From Chitinophagales bacterium (GTDB lineage Bacteria; Bacteroidota; Bacteroidia; Chitinophagales; JAHQVX01), in assembly GCA_965215685.1 (NCBI GenBank), contig OZ244113.1:2927487-2991486 (forward strand): a DNA stretch of 64,000 nt. Reading direction: 5' to 3'. The position numbers were made by a program, and so were the translations under genes. Below, piece by piece: positions 58,563-64,000 of this stretch (the stretch's first letter is position 1; every line of letters begins with the position of its first letter). The notes under the pieces are model-generated. The model was not told the origin of the DNA. It searched no databases and saw nothing but the letters and a program-made list of their open reading frames with translations.

Positions 58563-59303
58563 ATGAGCAAACTACTGAACATCTATTTTACGGCGGGTTT
58601 TCCGGAGTTGAATGCCACTTCGGATATTTTATTGGCTTTGCAGCATTCAAAGGCAGATATTATTGAGATAGGCCTACCTTTTTCAGATCCGCTGGCAGAC
58701 GGGCCAACCATTCAGCAAAGCAGCAAAATTGCCTTAGATAACGGCATGAACACCGATGTGCTTTTTAACCAATTACAATCCTGTAAAGAACAGATAACGA
58801 AGGATGTTTATATCATGTGTTATTTGAATCAGGTGATGGTCTATGGCTTTGAGCGTTTTTGCCTTAGGGCTGTGGAAACAAGTGTAACCGGACTAATTCT
58901 GCCCGATCTTCCGCCCGATCATTACGAAGAAAACTACAGGCAAATTGTAGAGCAAGCGAGCTTAAAAATGGTGTTTCTCATTACGCCTGAAACTTCGCCG
59001 GACAGGGTAGAGCGGGCTGTAAAAATGAGTACGGGCTTTGTGTATTTTGTATCAAGCCATGCTACTACAGGTGCAGAAAAAACTAAAATAAACACAGATT
59101 ATTTCCAAAAAATAAAAAAAGTAGAAACCGATGTTCCCAAGCTCATCGGCTTTGGTATTTCAGACCATGCGGGATTTCGGCAGGCCGGCCAATATGCCGA
59201 TGGAGCCATTGTTGGCTCGGCGTTTATACGGTATATTAAAAATGGTTTTAGCCGAAAGCATATTGAGGCTTTTGTAAGAGAGATAAGGGGGAATGATGTG
59301 TAA
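58563..59303 (+). CDS. trpA: Tryptophan synthase alpha chain
   Basis: YFTAGFP, IIEIGLPFSDPLADGPTIQ, LILPDLP, FLITPET, GFGIS, DGAIVGSAF. Confidence 0.96.
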   Translation: MSKLLNIYFTAGFPELNATSDILLALQHSKADIIEIGLPFSDPLADGPTIQQSSKIALDNGMNTDVLFNQLQSCKEQITKDVYIMCYLNQVMVYGFERFCLRAVETSVTGLILPDLPPDHYEENYRQIVEQASLKMVFLITPETSPDRVERAVKMSTGFVYFVSSHATTGAEKTKINTDYFQKIKKVETDVPKLIGFGISDHAGFRQAGQYADGAIVGSAFIRYIKNGFSRKHIEAFVREIRGNDV

Positions 59304-59409
59304 GCCAACAAGGCTATAATTTAACGTGAGTTCGGGATAAGGAATCCCGCAGGCGGGATTATTTGTGAAATAACAATGTGCTGTTTATCAACGGATTAGA
59401 TAATTAGAT

Positions 59410-60479
59410 GGCTGTAGTTTAACATTGCGTTGATATTAATAGTTCATACCTGTCGGGTATGGCCTTGTACTTAGCATAGGCCTGAATGTCTTCTACCGAC
59501 CTTTGAGCAAACTCATTTAGGAAGTTTCTACTGGTTTTTAGCGTTTGTTTTAGCTTAAACCAATTGAGGTATTGCTGTAAGTATTTGGTGGATACTCCCC
59601 AAAACTTATTATCCAACCATTTTTTCACTCTGTTATGGGTTGAGTTAACATGCTGAATATGGTAGAGACCCTGCTTAACCCTCTGTTTCATATCTGCCCT
59701 TAAAGGATGATGTTCCAGATTATTGTCTATGGCAAAACCTTTATAACTTACATGAGAGTCTGTACACAAAATAGTTTGTGCTGTAACTCTATGTCCAATA
59801 GAGTTTGCGATATCTTTTTTCTTTATCCTGCCGGTGGTGGCTACTGTTAATTCCATATGTCGTTTTCTATCCTGGGTAACAATGACGGCTATATGATCAT
59901 TATTAACCCCTTTCTTGCTGGAAGAACCGCCTCGTTTACGCGGCTTTCTATCATTTACATCCATGCCTTTTTCTGAATGTAGAAAGAAAGTCTCATCGCT
60001 TTCAGTAATACCGGTAAAGCTATCTGTATCATTATCATCAAAAGATGACAACACCTTATGTCTCCAATCAAAAGCCGTCTTCTTATTGATGTGAAGCTTC
60101 TCCTTTATCTTGTCCAAACTCTGTTCCTTTGCCATCAACTGCAAATAATCATCTATCTTATCCTTTTTATGAATACCTGCCATCCAAGTGCCGGTATATT
60201 CCGTAAAACTGCGATTGCAAGACTTACATTTATAACGTTGTGCACCTTTGTCTATACCAAACTTGACATATTTTGAGTGACCGCAATGAGCACAACAGCC
60301 TTGCTTGTTGTTTAACAAATGTCTTCTCATTTGCTGGCATTTGGGCAGAAAATGCTCATCTTTCACCTGTTCAAGTTCTCTTAGAAGATTCTCTTGATCT
60401 TCAGTTGAAAGACCCATGAAATAGGTTCTCTTCTTTTTTCATACTCCTAAGATAATAATAGCTAAATTAAACTACAGCC
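59410..60479 (-). mobile_element. IS1595-family insertion sequence, copy 2 (1070 bp)
   Basis: Same GGCTGTAGTTTAA TIRs and the same 8-bp TSD (AATTAGAT on + strand at 59402-59409 and 60480-60487). Confidence 0.93.
59419..60442 (-). pseudogene. IS1595 transposase with a 5-bp deletion after codon 4 (frameshift; could restart at ATG 60417)
   Basis: Copy 1 reads GAAGAGATAAGAACC, copy 2 reads GAAGAGAACC, so the original ATG 60442 is out of frame with the rest. Confidence 0.8.
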
Positions 60480-60656
60480 AATTAGATTAACTACGAATTT
60501 GCGAATTAGCGCGAAAATCTTGGTGATTAATTTTGAACGAAGAGCACTAATGTGTTTCGCTGAAGCGAAACAGAGGTTGTTGACAACGAAAAAATTCGTG
60601 CATTCGTGGTTAAAAAATTGATAATCAAATCACTGTAAAAGTTTCTTACGTCGAAT

Positions 60657-61646
60657 TCACGTTAATTTACTAAGTCTCTTCAATTTACCTCTATACGCCT
60701 GTAAATAATTTCTTTTCGTTCTTTCATCCAAATATGAAGCTAGCACAAGCTTTTCAACCCGGTGAGACATAGACAGCATCGCACTAAGACTTCGGCCTGC
60801 TATACCTTTTTTTATGCTCGCATTTTCTGCCAGTACCCTGAATTGTTCATTTATTTTTCCCCGACTCAAAGTACCGGGCAAAAGCCCGTCATCCAATGCA
60901 AAATCTTTATCATCAATATGAATTTTGGTATTCAGTAAGTCGTATGCCGGACTTAGCCTATAATCGCCAAGTGGAGTTTCTAACAACGAAAAATTCTTAA
61001 GGTGGGCATCGCCGTTTGAAAACAGATAGTTAAATATTAATATTTTAAAAAGTTTAATCGATTCAGATGGGTAAACGAGTAAATAGTTTTTCATTAGATC
61101 AAAAAGTTCCAGGTAATTTCCCTTATACTTGTAATGTTCACCATGTGTTTGAGGCGTCTTTCCGGCTAACGAGGCAAAATCTTCCTGTGCGAGCTTTGAG
61201 CCATCTTGTTTTAAATCAAATCTTTTGGTTATATATGCGGCTGCACCGTTCTTAAAAAAAATAAGTGCGTTTTCTGCTGTTTCAATTCCAAACACCTGTC
61301 TCGCAATTTGCATGGTCAGATGTTCATTTGCAGGCATTTGATCCGATTTTTTTCCTGCCTGTGGAATCGGCTTAAGTATATGTGTTCCTTGCTCATTTTC
61401 ATTCGTTAATCTTAACTTGTTTTTTTCAAGAAGTACTGAAAATTTTTCCTGAACTCCTGAAATGGATATTCTTTTTCTGTTCTCCAGGAAAAGCTCATCT
61501 GTTTGCGCATTTGAGGAAGGGGAATAATATGGCAATACATGATGAACTTTTTTACCATTAAATACTCTTTTAAGGCATGTTCTGCTATAAGATGTAAATC
61601 CTTCGGCGAGCGTTCCCGGGCAACGCTCTGTTTTCTGAATTGACAT
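60657..61646 (-). CDS. HipA-family Ser/Thr kinase toxin (HipT-like, lacks the N-terminal subdomain)
   Basis: Gly-rich loop ISISGVQEKFS, ENEHL-like ANEHLTMQ, YITKRFD, EDFA, catalytic NGDAHLKNFS, LSPAYDLL. Confidence 0.9.
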   Translation of the reverse strand: MSIQKTERCPGTLAEGFTSYSRTCLKRVFNGKKVHHVLPYYSPSSNAQTDELFLENRKRISISGVQEKFSVLLEKNKLRLTNENEQGTHILKPIPQAGKKSDQMPANEHLTMQIARQVFGIETAENALIFFKNGAAAYITKRFDLKQDGSKLAQEDFASLAGKTPQTHGEHYKYKGNYLELFDLMKNYLLVYPSESIKLFKILIFNYLFSNGDAHLKNFSLLETPLGDYRLSPAYDLLNTKIHIDDKDFALDDGLLPGTLSRGKINEQFRVLAENASIKKGIAGRSLSAMLSMSHRVEKLVLASYLDERTKRNYLQAYRGKLKRLSKLT

Positions 61647-61648
61647 TG

Positions 61649-61972
61649 CTACCGGAGACTTGTAAGCCGGACAGCTCCTATATTGTCATAGCCGGCTGTA
61701 ATGATCAATTGGCTGAAGTAATCATCGGCATCAACTTTGTTTTGCTGGCATACCACCTGTTTGTTGGAGCCCTCGGGCAGCATATTAAAAAAGAAGGGGA
61801 ACAATTGCCCGGAGTGATATTTTTCTTTTCTTTTCGGAAGTGTAGGACTTATGTCCGGCTTACGTATATCATTCACCCAATCAGCCGTGTATTTGAATGT
61901 AAAAGAACCATCATCATGCTGCGTTAGCAGACCGGCAACTTCATTTTTAAATATAACATGTGCCGATCTCAT
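61649..61972 (-). CDS. Stand-alone HipA N-terminal domain protein (HipS-like antitoxin)
   Basis: AGLLTQHDDGSFTFKY...ISPTLP...LFPFFFNMLPEG...NIGAV. Confidence 0.88.
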   Translation of the reverse strand: MRSAHVIFKNEVAGLLTQHDDGSFTFKYTADWVNDIRKPDISPTLPKRKEKYHSGQLFPFFFNMLPEGSNKQVVCQQNKVDADDYFSQLIITAGYDNIGAVRLTSLR

Positions 61973-62178
61973 TCTTTACCTGCTTTATCCTTTCGTTTTA
62001 AACATACTTCCAGCCCAAGCACATTTGATATTTTCTGCAATGTTTTGAGCTTCGGATTTCCTTTACCGCTTTCGAACTGCTTAATAGTTCTTAGGCCTAC
62101 ATCTGACAACTCAGCCAATAGCTCCTGCGTTATTTGCAATGAAGCTCTACGTTTTTTTATAGTTTGAATTAACTCCAA
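61969..62178 (-). CDS. HipB-like HTH antitoxin/repressor
   Basis: ITQELLAELSDVGLRTIKQFESGKGNPKLKTLQKISNVLGLEV; TTG start; overlaps the next gene by 4 bp. Confidence 0.88.
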   Translation of the reverse strand: MELIQTIKKRRASLQITQELLAELSDVGLRTIKQFESGKGNPKLKTLQKISNVLGLEVCLKRKDKAGKE

Positions 62179-62320
62179 AAGTGTAATTTAATGCTCTATT
62201 TTGTATAAAATTAAGTAATTCAATCGTAATAAACTCACAAAAGTGCTTTTTAATGCACTATTACTTTAATTTTACGTCAAAACCCATTATTTTCTGTTAT
62301 AAGTGCATTATACTGCACTT
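62179..62320. promoter_or_regulatory. Three operator-like palindromes AAGTGCA-N6-TGCACT(T/A)
   Basis: 62179-62198 AAGTGTAATTTAATGCTCTA; 62241-62260 AAGTGCTTTTTAATGCACTA; 62301-62320 AAGTGCATTATACTGCACTT (perfect). Confidence 0.7.
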
Positions 62321-62914
62321 TTATGGATGCCCGGCCCTGCTTTGTAATTCCTTTTCTATATCACCAAAACACAGATCCTTGGCTTTAAGCAATATCAATA
62401 AATGATACAGCAGGTCTGCGGCTTCATTGATAAAAAGCTCTCTATTGTCATCTTTGGCTTCTATAACCAGTTCCACGGCTTCTTCCCCCACCTTTTGGGC
62501 TATTTTATTTATGCCTTTCTGAAACAGGTTGTTGGTGTAGGACCCCTCCTGATCTTCATCAATTCGTTGATTGATGGTCTGTTCCAAAGCATACAAATAT
62601 CCTTTTGAAATGTCTTCTTTAAAGCAGGAAACACTACCTGTATGGCAGGTGGGACCTGAGGGATTGGCTTTGACCAAAAGCGTATCGTTATCGCAATCGG
62701 AGATAATTTGATCTACAAAGAGAAAATTACCTGATTCTTCCCCTTTGGTCCACAGCCGGTTTTTGCTTCTGCTGAAGAATGTTACCTTGCCTTCTGCCCT
62801 GGTTTTTTGTAGTGCTTCTTCATTCATATAGCCCAGCATCAATACCTGATGAGTAAAGGTGTTTTGAATGATCACCGGCAGTAAACCATTGGTTTTATTA
62901 AAATCTAATTGCAT
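62321..62914 (-). CDS. hisIE: Bifunctional phosphoribosyl-AMP cyclohydrolase / phosphoribosyl-ATP pyrophosphatase
   Basis: [54 protein letters not shown]. Confidence 0.96.
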   Translation of the reverse strand: MQLDFNKTNGLLPVIIQNTFTHQVLMLGYMNEEALQKTRAEGKVTFFSRSKNRLWTKGEESGNFLFVDQIISDCDNDTLLVKANPSGPTCHTGSVSCFKEDISKGYLYALEQTINQRIDEDQEGSYTNNLFQKGINKIAQKVGEEAVELVIEAKDDNRELFINEAADLLYHLLILLKAKDLCFGDIEKELQSRAGHP

Positions 62915-63699
62915 CTTACGGGTATTTTATTTCTGATTAAATATTTTTTCAGTTCCGGAATGGGAATCTCACCGAAATGAAAAACACTGGCAGCCAGGGC
63001 ACCACTCGCCCGGGAGTTTTCAAATATTTCTTTAAAGTGCGCCGGACTGCCGGCCCCACCCGAGGCGATAACCGGAATTGACAGGCTACTGGCAATTTTG
63101 TTTGTTATTTCAACGGCAAATCCATTTTTGGTTCCATCGTGGTTCATAGATGTGAGCAAGATCTCACCGGCACCCAGCTGTTCAGCCTGCCGGGCCCAGT
63201 TAAAAGCAGATAGCGATGTCTTTGTTCGTCCGCCATGAATCATGACTATCCAATCATCACTTACCGCTTTTATTGAATGGTCGTGTTTTTGTCTCTCAAT
63301 CTGCAGCGCATCAATAGCTACTACCACACACTGACTCCCCAATCGCCCGGCTATTTGAGTGATGAGTTCCGGGGTGTTGACCGCGGCAGAGTTTATTGAA
63401 ATTTTATCGGCACCGGCAGAGATCAGGGCGGAGGCATCTGTGACCGTACTTATACCGCCCCCCACCGTAAAGGGGATATTTATTTCCGCTGCTATCCGTT
63501 CAACCAGTTTAATGGTTGTTTTCCGGTTTTCGGTAGTGGCGATAATGTCCAGAAAAACCAGTTCGTCAGCACCTTCGGTTACATACCTTTTTGCCAGTTC
63601 AACCGGATCACCTGCATCTTTGATGTCTATAAAGTTGACCCCCTTGACCGTGCGGCCGTTTTGTATATCCAAACAGGGAATAATTCTTTTCTTTAACAT
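62905..63699 (-). CDS. hisF: Imidazole glycerol phosphate synthase cyclase subunit
   Basis: [57 protein letters not shown]. Confidence 0.97.
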   Translation of the reverse strand: MLKKRIIPCLDIQNGRTVKGVNFIDIKDAGDPVELAKRYVTEGADELVFLDIIATTENRKTTIKLVERIAAEINIPFTVGGGISTVTDASALISAGADKISINSAAVNTPELITQIAGRLGSQCVVVAIDALQIERQKHDHSIKAVSDDWIVMIHGGRTKTSLSAFNWARQAEQLGAGEILLTSMNHDGTKNGFAVEITNKIASSLSIPVIASGGAGSPAHFKEIFENSRASGALAASVFHFGEIPIPELKKYLIRNKIPVRCN

Positions 63700-64000
63700 A
63701 GCTTTTGTAGTTGTTTAAGCGTTAGTTTTCCTTCGTAAATAGCCTTTCCTATTATGCTTCCGTCGCAGTCCAGGGTTTGTAGCATTTCCAGATCGTGCAT
63801 GGTGGTGATGCCTCCGCTTGCTATTAGTTTTACGGTAGTGCGACTTAATATATCCCGGTATAGGTCAACAGATGTACCGGCCAGTTGACCGTCCTTATCT
63901 ATATCGGTACAGATTACGTATTGAATACCATTTTTCTCATAATTGGCAATAAAATCAATTACATCCAGCGATGTACTGCCAAGCCAGCCATTGGTAGCAA
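63693..64000 (-). CDS. hisA: HisA isomerase, 3' part (5' end outside the window)
   Basis: Manual translation ...[13 protein letters not shown]...[13 protein letters not shown]...LIASGGI...[20 protein letters not shown]; the stop overlaps the hisF start. Confidence 0.92.
   Translation of the reverse strand, partial: ATNGWLGSTSLDVIDFIANYEKNGIQYVICTDIDKDGQLAGTSVDLYRDILSRTTVKLIASGGITTMHDLEMLQTLDCDGSIIGKAIYEGKLTLKQLQKLC

Larger units (their letters stand above)
59324..60662. mobile_element. Composite element copy 2 (inverted): MITE carrying IS1595
   Basis: 1339 bp; TIRs ACGTGAGTTCG / CGAATTCACGT; perfect 7-bp TSD TAATTTA on both sides. Confidence 0.85.

Overview
Chromosomal window from a Bacteroidota bacterium, judged from repeated TAnnTTTG (-7) promoter boxes, a TonB receptor, lipoprotein signal peptides and gene content; the lower rank cannot be determined here. 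Bases 1-30.6 kb are mostly housekeeping: proS, proline dehydrogenase, aroE, comA, metK, pth, rplY, prs, tRNA-Gln, DUF2723, rlmB, a threonine-dehydrogenase-like gene, GH2 and GH20. Bases 30.6-33.3 kb are a nest of MITEs and an IS1595. Bases 35.4-47.0 kb hold a self-contained nitrite-to-N2O denitrification island: Rrf2 regulator, porin, nirS, a heme-type TonB-dependent receptor, cytochrome c and norCBQD. No heme d1 biosynthesis gene is present, so heme d1 scavenging is the strongest candidate for a novel system (a hypothesis). Next come a decayed IS4, a 6 x 104-bp tandem array in front of tRNA-Pro/tRNA-Val, and a trp operon with a Trp-leader attenuator. A second MITE::IS1595 composite, a three-gene HipBST-like toxin-antitoxin module with three operators, and the end of a his operon close the window. 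Intergenic DNA is unusually rich in palindromic REP-like modules and long direct duplications. All calls come from reading the sequence by eye; no database searches were run.
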